Assembly: GCA_977020255.1 (NCBI GenBank)
Contig: CDROCS010002078.1
Span: forward strand, 310,001 to 374,000
Direction of reading: 5' to 3'
From: Obrimoposthia wandeli
Lineage: Eukaryota
Length of the DNA: 64,000 nucleotides
How positions within the stretch are numbered: position 1 is the first letter of the stretch; the number at the start of each line of letters is the position of its first letter. The notes beneath the pieces were generated by a model. It was not told where the DNA came from. It did no database searches and was given only the letters and a program-made list of their open reading frames with translations. The position numbers and the translations under genes are program-made. Positions 12,191 to 25,914 of this stretch are shown here, piece after piece.

Positions 12191-14449
12191 CAGTGATAAA
12201 TGGTCATTCGGACGTTAGGACGTTTAAATTTGCGTATTCCACGTCAAATTGATCTTTCCTTTCTTTACTTCGGCATTGATATTTTGTTAAATAAATCGCT
12301 AGTGAGAGGAATACAACTGCAATGTTTCAGCCTAACACAAACATACTCTGGAATCTTTAAAATATTGAACTTGTATAATCACTGAAATGGAAGATCTTTA
12401 TATGATCTTCTTCTCAATCAAATGTGTCTCTAAACAGCCTGGTATTTGCTGCAAGGGGAGTAGGAGCCAAGTTGTGAATTGGCAGCTCAGAGAATGTGTT
12501 GTTGTGTAGGCTCGGACGAGGAGAGGTGGTGCCGGAGTGTGAGTGACAACAATGCAGGGCGGTGCTTGCACCTCTCAGATATCTTCACCACTGCCATGCT
12601 CTTTTGTCTGTCTGTCTGCTCGCCCACACACTCTCATTCGCTCTCTCTTGGGTGGCGCGCCTGGCGATTATGCGCCACTTCTTGTGTACCGGCTCATTCT
12701 TGTCTTCATTCATACCTTCTGACACATTCATAATGTGAACAACCGTGTCCAGCTAACTCAGCTACTTTTAAGCTGCTAAGGCCATTCCGGGTTTGCTTCT
12801 CAACACTTATGTGTTTTGTTATATCTGTAAGAAGTTAACAACAGATGATTGTGCACTTCCCATTACGAATAATACTAGACAAGTCCACCTTGTTTCTTTT
12901 GGAATGGCTCTAGGTATCCAAGATAAAACATTTGCAGGCGTTAATGAGTGAGCTGGTGAAACGTTCACCATCCCAAAATTATGGAGAGAACAGAACGATT
13001 GCTCCCTCGTGTCCTAAACAACAACAAGAACAAATGCAACATTGTTTATCCCAAAAATATTGCTCTGCAAATTGACATCTCAAGCATATTTATGATGTAC
13101 CCAACCAAAATTTCCTACAGCAGTATGTACAAATTATGAATTATGTCGTGCAAAGTTTTCTTGCATGAGTATCAAAATGCATTTTGTCGTTTTACACCTC
13201 GGTCAATGGAGGCTGACAACGGGTGGTGCTTCGAGGGAGATGTCCCTGTGCCAAATTGAAATAAATCACCGTAACTAATCCAATGTATACATGTATGTAT
13301 TTTGTGTGTGTGTGTGTTTAAAGCGTATGTTTATTTATAATTTTTGGTTGACAGTTTATAAAAATGGTGATGTGATTTACATTTTTGAATTCAGGGTAGA
13401 CAAATATGGTTTCATTCAACACTATTTAATTTCTTGTGTGCACCACTGTAATCGGTATGTAAATCTATCACTGTTTTCTTAATTATTGCCGAGTTGTATG
13501 TAATGACAAATATAAATAGGAAGAAGAGACAAAGAATAATGGTCGATTAAAAATGATCTATTATTTCGAAGAGATACATTTAAAGCAAAATATGTATTTA
13601 CGTAATTTGACAGCCACTCATCCCTATGATCTATGCAGATATGATACTGAATATAAACGCCTCCTCATCAGCGTGTCTCACTCGTCCTCCTTTTTGTTCT
13701 GGAAGTTACGTGGGGTTGGAATTTTTGGGTCGCTATTCTGAAGGGGTCTTAAGTTCTACCTGAATAATATTCTCCTTTTCCCGATGGGCAGTCTCCTTGA
13801 TCAGCTTCTTCACAGCACTGTATTCACTTCTCGAAGTTATTTTTCTCTACCTTTTCTCTTTCTTATCATTCTTATTCTTTAATTGTCACAATAAAGAGAG
13901 AAAGTGGAGAAAATAAAAATACATAAATGTTTCCGATTAGTCCATCGCATTGTCTTAAACACCAGAGCAGGTTTGAACAAAAATATTAATTGCTAAATCT
14001 CTTTGATACTTGCATAGGAAAGAACGTTGGTTGTAGACTCACTGTTTATGGTCTGGATTTTGACTTCTTTTCCTTCAACAGCATATCCCTTCGATTTTTC
14101 GTAAGATCCGTTCTGAAATGAAGAAAAAGAAATCTCACTATACTAGAGCATTTTCAGAAGTATTTGAATCACGATTTTGTTTGCTCTGATGTCTTTTTTA
14201 TAAATGTTTCCAACTAATTACACTGATCTATGAAGTCAATTCTATAACTTTGAAATAATCACTTTTGAGCAACTTTTACTTTGAAAAGTAAAAATTATTT
14301 CATATATAATTATTGCCATAAAATTTGGATTGTCGTAGCAATGACAAAAGATGGAAATAAATTATTTTGAATTATTTTCTCATAAACGATATCAAAGAAA
14401 ATAAGTTCGATAAGGCTTCAATGAGCCTCTGCTTTTTTATGTTTTCTTT

Positions 14450-15420
14450 GCCACATTTTAATTAATGAATTATTTACCTCATAGAAGTTATGATACAGCT
14501 ACAAAACGTGGGATGATATTTTTGCTTATTGTTTTTCTCTACATAGGCAATAATCAAAATCAACTTACAATAATAACAACAATATTTTTCATATAGTGTC
14601 GATATCTAATGAAAACATGATTTATTACTCAAAAGCGTTTCCAGTTTACCATTATTTTTGATAATGTTTTATTAATAGTAAATTATTAGGCTGTTTCTTG
14701 AATTTTTTAACATTGTCACAGTTTCAGAAAATTGTTGCAAATTCAGAGCATAAAATTCAAATATTTCAGCACTCTCTTTGTTAATTGAGAATTTCTTAAC
14801 CTGGCTCGAGAAAATGATATAAATATTTAAGCTTTTCTGAGAAAATGTATTTTTTTGATAATATGAAGGATCTTGAATTCAATTCTGACATTGAGATATT
14901 CTGGAGAATTTTAAAAATCAAGTTTTGATGTAATAATCACATGCGTTAGATTTGTAGTTATCTCATTAGTAGGGTATTTTTTTTTGTTTTTGATATGATT
15001 TGCTTGTTCTCATCGCTATGTTTCTGACAATTGATTATATTGATTTTATCCATTTAGCCATTACATTAATAATATTTTCATTTCATAAAATGTGATTTGA
15101 TAATCATTAGAATCAAAATTAACATAAAAGAAGAAAGGAAAATTATATATCTTGCTAATTGCTAGTCATCAAGTTTATCTGATAGTTTGTGAAATAATGC
15201 AATGATATTTCAACCAATTCAGCTCCTTACAGTAATTCGAATATTTTCCCACTCTTTTAATAATATTTCAAGGTTAACGATGTCAAATGTCGCATGTAGA
15301 TCTAGAAATATCATTAGTATACATTTTCCATTAAGCCATTACATCATAGCCACCACAAGTAATATCATATGCTCTTTTTGGATTGTTTGATTTTTTGCTG
15401 TTTCCATTCTTCACATTGGG
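14450..15420 (-). mobile_element. Decayed LINE reverse transcriptase
   Basis: Minus-strand GKCILMIFLDLHATFDIVNLEILLKEWENI near 15230-15330 matches 'vFlDlskAFDtvnheiLl.kl'. Confidence 0.5.
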
Positions 15421-16179
15421 TTATTTTTCAAACGATTGGTTAAATATATAATTTATTGTTGCTCGGGATATTTTATTATCATGTGTACTATAACAAAATG
15501 TGACCTTCATTAATAATGATCTTGAAAAATATACGTGTTATAGTATGTTTTTAAATTTGCGGGCATAAAAATTGATGTGTTTAAACAAAAACATAAATGT
15601 AGACCAAAATCACCTAAAAACAGACGTATTATAGTATAAAGTGACATAAATATGAATTTAACCCTCAAAAATCATGTGTACTATGACAAAATTTTGACCT
15701 ACTTTTCATAATGACCTTGAAAGAAGAGGTATTATAGTATGTTTTTGAAATTTGCGCTAACATTTTTTTTCGGTTTTTGCTAGGGGGGAACTGGACACTT
15801 CTATCTACTATTTTTAGTTTTTAACTAAGTTCAATAACAGCTTATTTTGGAGTAAGATTGCATACAATAGGCGAACATACGCAAAGTAGATCATCCCAAA
15901 TTAGATGTAAACAAGCATCCCAAATGTAAATAGATCATTAAATTCTCGCACCTGAATGTCAATTCAGAAATGAAATTAGCATATTTAACAAATGAAATAT
16001 AATGCAACTGTGAGATCTTGTTTTGCTCAGATGAAATAAAATAAACACTTATTATGGTTCCCAAACTTATTCCAACAAATTTGGATTCCTTGCGTTTTAA
16101 TAAGCAACTTTTTCTGCCATTTTTATTTATTTGGTTGTTTTAATGTTTCAGGATTTGCATTTTAATTTTTTCTTATTAA

Positions 16180-16530
16180 GGTTAAACATGACGTCTTTCT
16201 GGTAGATACGTATCCGTTCAATATCCATGAATATGGGAATACGGAAACAAAATTATCGATTTTATTGCAATATTGATGCGTAACCAGTTTCATGCAGCTG
16301 ATATTTCTAATGTTTTAGTCCTTCACTAAATACACCATATAAAATTATGCGGTAAGTCAAAGATGACATAGATGGCATTGCTTCAGATGACGCTAATGTT
16401 AACCCTATCAGAGTATGGACAGGAAGAAATCTGTCTTCATTCATGACAATAATCCGAAGAAGACTTTCCTAACTAAGATGCACCAAACAAGTTTTCGACA
16501 TGGATTTTTAAAAGTGAACCAAATGCCGAA
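16180..16530 (+). mobile_element. Tc1-like transposase fragment
   Basis: ETKLSI (like DEtki) and KSVFIHDNNPK (like FqqDNdpkH) in the correct order. Confidence 0.4.
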
Positions 16531-16544
16531 AAGCCTCTTTAATG

Positions 16545-16548
<4 letters not shown>

Positions 16549-16595
<47 letters not shown>
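16549..16595. repeat. (AT)n microsatellite
   Basis: Uninterrupted AT dinucleotide run. Confidence 0.95.
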
Positions 16596-16596
<1 letters not shown>

Positions 16597-16884
16597 TTAT
16601 ATATTGTTGTGACTCTCTCCTCTCCTGCAACCGCCCATTGTCATGATTATTTTATTATGTGTTTGTTTGTCTTTCTTTATAATTTTAGTGTGCGCATGTT
16701 ATTATTTTACTGTGCTAATTTATTGTTTTATGTATTACCGATCGTATATCGGTCAGTAATTAGCAGCTTGGATGCATTCATTGAACTTGATGATTTGAAA
16801 AATAAATAAATTTGCATCTCAAATCCCTCTTCGCTTCAATTATGATCCCTCAGACTCCTCAGTTGCAATCATGAACAATATATA

Positions 16885-16920
16885 TGTGTGTGTGTGCGTG
16901 TGTGTGTGTGTGAGAGAGAG
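16885..16920. repeat. (TG)n(AG)n compound microsatellite
   Basis: Directly visible. Confidence 0.9.
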
Positions 16921-18377
16921 TAGAATTAAGAATAATTAGGCATTAAGCATTATATCTAATATTAATGTATATTACAAGAATTAAACATAATTCCTCATTT
17001 TTAACACTGAATAACACATAAATGCTAAACATATTTTAGAAAATAAAAATACATTCATAAGTACACTATTTTACTAGTAAAAATAAACGTTGTTTGACTG
17101 TCATAAGCCGTTTAGTATATTATGTTAATGATAATTATTACAATTTTGTCAATTAAATTGATTAAATAAGCTAAAATAATGGCTAATGTCCCTATTTCCG
17201 CTAACATTTATATATCTAGATCTTATCATATTACAATTGTATAAAATTTCATTAAATTGTTCTCCAACATTCTCTGGAAGATAATCTGAAATATTTGGCG
17301 CTTCAATCTGAAGATTTTCCCTCAATTTAGTGTGATAGATCTAGTAGAAGACAGAATAAGACGTAAACACGTATAGAACATAGCTCGTTCCCAGAAGCTC
17401 ATAATCAGCTGATCACATCACACAAAACTGGAGAGATAACAAGCAGGCCTTTGTGACTATTGACAGAGCACAGCATCTCCAGTAATATCGCAACATCTCA
17501 TCAACTCCTCAGCATATTGCACTTTGTCACCACAGCATTTCCCCTCCTACACAGCCAAAGTGTGATGACTAATTAGAAGAAGTATCGAGCTGTAGATGCA
17601 ATATTTAATGCGAAATGATTACTTTAACCCCGAGCAAATAATAACACTTTATCAATTAAACTGCATACATATTACTAACGCAATTAATAGGTACTGTCTG
17701 TGGACTAAAACGTTTGTAACACGCATCTGAAAGTAAATTAACATTAACAATTTACAGTGATGGATGTAGTGTTTCAGTCAATTTCGATAATTATTATTCA
17801 CTGAAGAAGATTACTAATGCATTAAATTTTCAAATGTGTCACTTAACATGTGGTCGTTAGTTGTATTATTTAAACAAACGGTTAATTGAGTTTGTGAAAG
17901 ATGAATCGTTTAACAGTTATTACTTAATTATGCAAAATAACTAAAATTGTTATAATTGACTTTTAATAACGACTTAATAGTATCATAAAATTATATTTCT
18001 AAAATGTTCTGTTAATTATCATATGATAAATCAAGGGCATATTTTTAACCCGATAAAACATATAAAGATACATAAATGATAATCAAAAATGTAAACAAGT
18101 AAATATTTTTATTATAAATTTATTTTAATATATTTTTTGTAACTTATAGTAAAAAAATTATTTGAAAAAATTAATTAGATATTTATTAATTAAACCTATT
18201 TGATATTTCGGATTAGACATCTTGTTTCACAAAAATGGTGGAGGAACTATATATAAAAAATAATTTTAAGTAGATTTCATATAATCGAGTGTTATTTAAC
18301 AGTGGATATACCTATATTTTCTACTTTGATTGTTATGTTGATTATGTTATAGAATTTTAACGAATTTTATCTCACAG

Positions 18378-18810
18378 AATGGAGAGTGGCCACGAAAATG
18401 TTCTACTGCCGGAAATCGTGATGGAGTATGCAGTAGTGATGGAGAACTTCGTTTCTGAAGGCGGTACAGAGCTCAGTGTTCGTCGAGGCGACTTTGTCCA
18501 TGTGCTTTACCACGTGGAGTCTCGCTGGGCGTATGTGTGTCGACAGCTAGACAAACGGGTTGGTTACATCCCCCACTCATTCCTGGCCTTCATTGCAACC
18601 CCGCCGCAACAAATATGTGTCGACAGTCAGCTCGCAGTGGGACCACAGCCACTTCGCAGATTCCTTGATGCTGGCAGCTGCTCATCAGGTCGATCCTCCT
18701 CCGAGGAGTGCATGTTGCTGCAGCAGCAGCAACAACAATTGCACCAGCAACAACAACTGCAGCATCAACAGCAACAATATACGCCCCATCCACTTCCCAT
18801 TCTTCATCCG
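18378..18810 (+). CDS. Host SH3-domain gene, coding exon with SH3 and poly-Q
   Basis: Acceptor ctcacag| at 18377, ATG at 18379, donor |gtaagc at 18811 (phase 0). SH3-like VMENFVSEGGTELSVRRGDFVHVLYHVESRWAYV...GYIPHSFL. Confidence 0.85.
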
Positions 18811-20080
18811 GTAAGCAACTTCTGATGCATTGTTAAAATTGTGCAACTCCTTTACGTATTGTTAAATTTTTAAAATATTTGAAAGGGTTAAAGGTTTGGT
18901 TTATTTCTTTTGAAGCTAAATAATGGACTATTGACAGCATTGATAGAGACTAACATTATTTTTACTTCCATTCAGTAGAGAGTGCCATGAAAAAAAGCAG
19001 TACTGGACAGTTTCGAAGAATCGCATAAAAATACAGATGGTAGTTAACTGAAATATTTTTTTTGCCCTACAACAACATTAAGAGCCTTTTTATAATTTAA
19101 AGTAAATATATGGTGTTTTCCTTCTATTTAATAGTTTTCTTTCTAATTCATATGGGCCTAAGTTGAATTGAATTCAATTGTTGATATTGAGAGAAAATAA
19201 ATATCGAGATTTAAAATTTTAAAATTTGGTCAATATTTTATGTACAAATAATGTTTAAACTAGGTGAAAAAAAACACTCAAAAAGAAGATCGGGATACAA
19301 TAGTTTTTGTAGGCGCTTCTGCAAAATGTGATAAATAAAACAGGGTGAAATTTTAAAATAAAGAATAATTTTAGTTTAAAAATTAATTTATTTAAATATT
19401 AATTTTATTAAAGCAAAAACAGAATGTTTTACTTAAATTTCTTAATCAAATAATTTTCTTCGTTTATTTTTCGATTTGTTAAACGAATGTTAAACTTTTT
19501 TAAAATAAATTTCATTATTCACTTACAAGGGAACCTTTTCAACTGATAATCACAGATTTATTTGAAAGTTATACCATATAAATAATTAAATTTTTAAAGA
19601 TTTTTGATGTAGTCATATCGGCTTTATGTGCTCTTAAAAAGTTAATTTTTAATGATTTAGTAGATTTTTCTCATATGTTGTTAATATCAAGTAATAAATG
19701 ACCTAAAGTCTAAAACCTAAACTTCTTTCAAATTTATGAAAGTCACATGTTCATTTTAATAACGTAAATATCATATGTATAGAAAACATAAATTAAATTA
19801 AAATAAAATGAAATTTAGAAACATTTCAATTATGTTTAGTGAAATTAATTCTGTATTATTAGAAATTTAGGTTGAACATTTAAGATTTAGATTAAGTTTA
19901 AAAGTTTTAATTGATAATTTATTTATTTTATTATAATAATTTTATCAAAGCAAGAACATAAATATAAGAGTTTTTATTATATTGTTATTATGTTTATTAT
20001 ATAAATGTCGAATAGTTTGGTTAAGTCAAAGTTGAAAATGTTCCTTATCAGAGTTGTGAGTACACCTTTCGTACATACAG

Positions 20081-20407
20081 AGCATGAAGAAGACCCGGTC
20101 GGAGCCTGATGGTGGCAGCTGGGTGGACTCCTTGTCGAATGAGAGCAGCGCCGCTGCAACTGCCGCAGGCACGACCTTCGCTGGCTTTATCTGCCCTCCA
20201 AGCCCTTACACGGACACCAAGGTCTCGTCCAAAACCCGGCTCCAGTGTGGCTCGCCACTCCCCTTGGTCTCCAGCAGCGCTACTGTAGCCCACCCGCCAC
20301 CGCGGCGGACCCACCACCTCCCTTCTCTGCGACAGGACTTCTGCGAGCCCTACAAGACCATCGTCCACGAGCTGGAGGACTGTCTCGAGAAGCTGACCCT
20401 CGTATAG
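20081..20407 (+). CDS. Host SH3-domain gene, terminal coding exon
   Basis: Acceptor catacag| at 20080 joins in phase 0 to give SMKKTRSEPD...LEKLTLV*. The exon is GC-rich within AT-rich flanks. Confidence 0.75.
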   Translation, partial: SMKKTRSEPDGGSWVDSLSNESSAAATAAGTTFAGFICPPSPYTDTKVSSKTRLQCGSPLPLVSSSATVAHPPPRRTHHLPSLRQDFCEPYKTIVHELEDCLEKLTLV

Positions 20408-22068
20408 ACCCGTCCCAATCCGTTTCTGATTGTATATAGTCAATACACACACGCGCATATATATTATCTCTCTCTGCTTCTCCTCTTCAGTTAGTCGCAC
20501 TTCGAACCTTCAAATATGAACTGAATACTTAAAACTAGAGCAGAAAACCAACTTTTATCAAGAGAACAAAAATATAAATGTCTTGAAGTAATAATCAGCT
20601 AATTCAGAAAGTTTATTAAGGTTTCCCATCAGGATAACTGTAATCTGGAGTGTAATCTATATATTTTACTGACCAATTTAAAAAATATTGCAAGTAATTT
20701 AAAAGAAAATATCACTCAAATTTATATTGCATTTTAACTTATTGTACGTAAAAAATAAAAAATGCATCAAAATATGAAATTTAAAAGAATATAAAACTTA
20801 CAAAAGCTTTAAGAAACATTTATCAAAGAATTAGTTACAAATCGATGTTATAAAAGATACTTTTTATCGTTATTATTCAACTCAAATCACGTTAGTGAAA
20901 TCAGAATATATTTCATAATGTTTATTAATTTATTTCAACGCAGTAATTTGCACACAATATCTTTACACTTTTAAATTTGTGGCTATTCTTCGATGATTGT
21001 TTCTTAGAGCTTCTGTAAGATTTTCTTTAAATTTATATTTTGTTGTTTTTATATTTTTTATTTACAATAAATCAAAGTATTATAAAAATTTAAGTTGAAT
21101 CTTTAAATGTTCTATTTTGTTTTAAATTGCTTAGATTATATGTGGGATATTTGCATATTTTTAAATGTTATGGGTCCTCTTTGAACTAATTTGCAAAAAA
21201 AAACAATTTGGCCATATCAAGTTGGGGGAGTCTTTTAAAACTTAAGACTTTTTTGCATATTCATATACATTTTTAATGCTTTTTTTTAATAATTTAGTTT
21301 GATTTATCCAATTGAGCAAACTGAATAAAGTGCAATTTTGAAAAACATTATAGGTAATGAAGATACCCGAGTACGATGTGTGGATTTCATCATTAAAGTC
21401 GTTGTTTATTATAAATGTTTATCTCAATAATTATGAAATTAATAATTTCCTTTAAAAAATGTGACTATCTGATATTTTACTTTTATAAAGATTTTAAAGC
21501 TTTCGTTTAACAAATAAATATTCACATTTTAATTAAAATATACGGGTTATAGGAAAATTTCTTTTTTAAATGTATGTTTTATTTAATTATTATTATTTTG
21601 AATATTTGATATGGAATTGAATAGAAAAGAGCAAATAATAATTGTTTATAATATATGGGGTTGATATAAGAAGAATGATTGGCGTAAAAAATGTAAAGGG
21701 AAATATATGAAGGATGCGGTCAGAGTAGAGTAAATGTTTAAAAATGCCAAAGATGGATAAAATAATTTAATGACGGACATTTTTACTTAAATTAAAAAGA
21801 GATAAGTGGGTGATCTAACCTGGATATTGTTAGCTATGAGTTTTTCCAAGTCAACAACATCAGTCGCAGTATCATTCATCTCAAATATATAATCTACATC
21901 TGCAGCATCGTAAACATCATTTTTAAAACTAAAGTGTTTCGATTATTTAAAAACCTAACTTCGATATAATTGGTCAACTAATCAAATCAATCCTATATAA
22001 CAAATAAAGCAATTAAAAACAAAAGTTCTATTATTATATACAAGTGAATGAATGAGTATAAATGATAA

Positions 22069-24140
22069 TGTTAGGATTAGGTTTTGATTAATTTAAAATA
22101 ATTAATCGTTTTTATACTAAAATAAAAATCCTTGAAATCAAGGTTACAATTAAGATAAAATTAATTATAAAATTAAAATTATAAAAATAAAACCATTGGG
22201 AAAATATTAGGACCACGAAGGTCATGTGTAAGCGTGTGCAGTATATATAGATATTTAAACTAAACCAAAAGGCCCCCAAAAGATTTAGCTCAAAATAGGA
22301 AGAAGTTGATTAACAAGAAAAAAGTTAATTGAAAGAAGAAGCTCAGAATTAATTAAACTGAGAAGGAAGCAGAGCCGAGACAACGAGCACTCAGGCAAGT
22401 GCATTAGCGAAAATTAGCGAGAAGCCGTCTAGCTCAAGAAATCGACCGAAGTTGTAGGAGCCACTGGGAACTATCCAGCTGTCAGGACTGGGGACGTAAG
22501 TGCTTTTAGTTAGAGTGTTTTCAACTGACAATGTTTAGTTCACAGAATTGAATAAAAGGCGGCCGATTTGAGACAAGAATCCAGAGAGAAAAAAAGCCAG
22601 AAATTAGAAGAAAAGTAAGCAGAGACATCGAGAAGAAGAATTCGTAGTAAATTGAGGAGGGAACGGAAACGACTGAACCAAGGCCGACAACAGAAGAAGG
22701 TGAGATAACCGAATAAGAATTATTAAAACCACGCTGCGCCTCACAGACAACTCGCTGCGCTTCACCAATCCTACAACTCGCTGCGCTTCACCAGTCCTAC
22801 TACTCGCTGCGCCTCAAAGACAACTCGCTGCGCCTCACAGTCCCGTGCCAGCCGTATCTCGCAGCAAAACGTACCGAGTTCCAGTAAATCAAGAGGAGCG
22901 AGGTAAGAGGCCACCGTGGTCATAAGGAAATTTGAAGAGGAAGAGATAAAGTATTTCGTAAATTCTCAGTTATTATTATCTCCAAGAGATAAAGTATTTC
23001 GTAAATCTCGGTTGTTATCTTCGTAATTTTCAGTTGTTATTATCTCCAATAGATAAAGTATTTCGTAAATTTTCAGTTGTTATTATCTCTAAGAGATAAA
23101 GTATTTCGTAAATTCTCAGTTATTATTATCTCCAAGAGATAAAGTATTTCGTAAATCTCAGTTGTTATCTTCGTAATTTTCAGTTGTTATTATCTCCAAG
23201 AGATAAAGTATTTCGTAAATTCTCAGTTATTATTATTATCTCCAAGAGATAAAGTATTTCGTAAATCTCAGTTGTTATTTTCGTAATTCTCAGTTATTAT
23301 TATCTCCAAGAGATAAAGTATTTCGTAAATTTTCAGTTGTTATTATCTCCAAGAGATAAAGTATTTCGTAAATTCTCAGTTGTTATTATCTCCAAGAGAT
23401 AAAGTATTTCGTAAATTTTCAGTTGTTATTATCTCCAAGAGATAAAGTATTTCGTAAATTCTCCGTTATTATCATCTCCAAGAGATAAAGTTGTCTTGTA
23501 ATACCAATATTGCTATTGTCTAAAAGAATAAAATCAATTCCCTATTTTAAATCAATTCCCAATTTTAAATCAATTCCCTGTTTTTAGAGCAAACAGCTCA
23601 CTAAAATCAATTCCCTATTTTAAATCAATTCCCAATTTTAAATCAATTCCCTATTTTAAATCAATTCCTTATTTTTAGAGCAAACAGCTCACTAAAATCA
23701 ATTCCATATTCTAAACTCATTCCCTATTTTTAGAGCAACCAGTTCTCCAAAAACCGACTACTTTAACCTTGTCACATTTTAGAGTAAAGACTCTAGTAAC
23801 CAACCAACCCTAAAATTAAAATCGATACGTGGATCATCCCCACTTGTGTAGAGACTTTCTGAAAGTCTTAGGAATAGTATTGTCATTTTTAGAACGCAAT
23901 TAGAACGTGTTTAACTTAGTGTGTTTAGTAATAAACGATTTCCTACAACTAGACAGTGTTGTTATAGAAATGTATAATGAAATTTAGAAATAACAAACCT
24001 TCAGATAAGAATTGAGACAGGCAAGCATAACATTAAGTAGGCCACAAACATCTAGAAGTCCTGCTTCTATAGAACTCACGTTGGGGCCCTCCATTCAGAG
24101 GATCTATATTAGTAAACAGTTTCATATAGAAACCCCAACA
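22069..24140 (+). mobile_element. Solo LTR 1 (Gypsy-like family)
   Basis: TGTTAGG...CCCCAACA ends with 4-bp TSD ATAA (22065-68 and 24141-44). Shares terminal blocks with the LTRs at 27464, 51404 and 58616. Confidence 0.9.
22945..23490. repeat. ~43-46-bp tandem array inside LTR 1
   Basis: Unit ccaagagataaagtatttcgtaaattctcagttattattatct, roughly ten copies with partial variants. Confidence 0.9.
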
Positions 24141-25914
24141 ATAATATATATTAAATAATAACAACAACAAACACAATATATCTTATTTAAAATTTATCAA
24201 GTTAAACTAAAATGACCATAAGCAAGGCTTTTATTCTTATTAACCCATCTCCTTTTCTCGTCAAAACATTTTAAAGCAACTTTAGATGTAAATGTTGTAT
24301 GAAGCTGATGGTTAACCTATGCTATACGTGACTGGTTAACACTAATAATTTCTTCATTTTCATAACAATTGACGTAATCTTGGTGTCTTAAGTTAGTTTG
24401 TTTTAAAGAAATACTTTTAGCCTTCACAATCCGTCATCTTCTTCATCATCCTCATCTAAAATAATTATTTTTAATAAAGTGAAAAAACTTACCCGGAATC
24501 AGAAATCGATTCATTAGTTAAAATATCTCACCATCTTGTATTTATCGAATTTATTTTTGTTTATTTTAAAAATTAATTATTTAAAACAAAATCAATTATA
24601 TATTATTTTTAATTTATTATAATTTCTGATCTAAATAATATAATTGGAAATATTTATTTAATTATTAACTATAATAGTGAAAATATTTTAAAATATGCAG
24701 ATAAATTTACTACGTATATTGGAATAAGGTATCTAATATTTCTATCTATAAGTATTTTAAATCGAATTATTAAATATTTTAACATATCAAAACATACATA
24801 TTTTTGATGAAGTGTATATTTTTCATTGAGTTTATCAATACTATAGAAATTTAACCATAATCAATCAGCTACCTTAAATCATCAGAGCTTCTAAGTCAAT
24901 CCTATTTTAATATAGAATTTTATTGAAATTTAGTATATATATGCAAAAAGAATTTTGAAATGAAATTGATCAATGCATGTTCAGAGAGGAAATTAACGAG
25001 GTGTTTATAGATGAGAATTCTCTGAGATGTGATATTTAGTGATGTTTGTGATATTAAGATGGTGTAGAGGAAATATTAACGATTATTAAGAAAGTTTTTG
25101 AAGAAATTAATAAATATGTATGAGGTTTATCATATATAGCTGATTTAAAATAAGGATATGAATAAGGAAGGAATTAATGCAATGTATATGAGATTTGTTA
25201 AATTAACTAGATTTTCAGGTAATTTATGATAATTTAGGTGATTGTAAAAGATAATTTTAAGCAAAAGTGGTCTTAGAAGTAATTTACGAGGTGTTTAGAA
25301 ACTTACTTGGTATATAGAAAATTTAACGGGGTTTTTAAGAGATTTCAGAAGAGAAAATATACCCTAAAGTGGTTTAGAGGAGGATATAACATGTGTGTTG
25401 GTTTCAAGATAATCAGAGTATTAGTGGTCTAGCTGTTAGGGTAATTTTTGAAATATCAGTTTCTTCATACTTGATAAGCGATTTATAACATATCTCTGAA
25501 ATTGATCTAAGGCCGTTAAAGTATCAGTTAATATATATAAATATTTTGTCATTATTTTATAATTTTTATATAAATTCGTTCCCTGCTAAAGTCGATAAGT
25601 TATATCTAATGTCTGCTAAATAAGGAGTCTCAGAATTTATAGAAATTAATGAGTTAGAAATTATTGCGAATTATAGGAAAATTACTAATCTGTCCCTAAA
25701 GTGATTTATTGATAGACATATCAATATATAATGGAAAGTTATAATATTTAGGCGGTTCTAGGGAGACATTAATGCTATGATCAGGAAATTTATGATATCT
25801 AATCAACCCCTAAATTGATTTATTGATAGGCTTATATCAATATATGGTGGAAAGTTATGATATTTAGATTCTTCTAGAGCAATTAATGATATATTCAGGA
25901 AATTAATAATATTT

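Larger units (their letters stand above)
7299..12400 (+). mobile_element. Maverick/Polinton segment A (TIR, TBP-like, IAP, ATPase, core-like, integrase), decayed
   Basis: Starts AGTAGTAGGTGGATGTGTCCGG (family-1 TIR), followed by recognisable Polinton ATPase and integrase pseudogenes. No right end found. Confidence 0.85.

Noticed and set aside
18560-18814. Overlapping alternative ORFs on the SH3 exon
   Set aside because: By-products of the CAG/CAA tract and high GC. Only the SH3 frame has matching splice phase.
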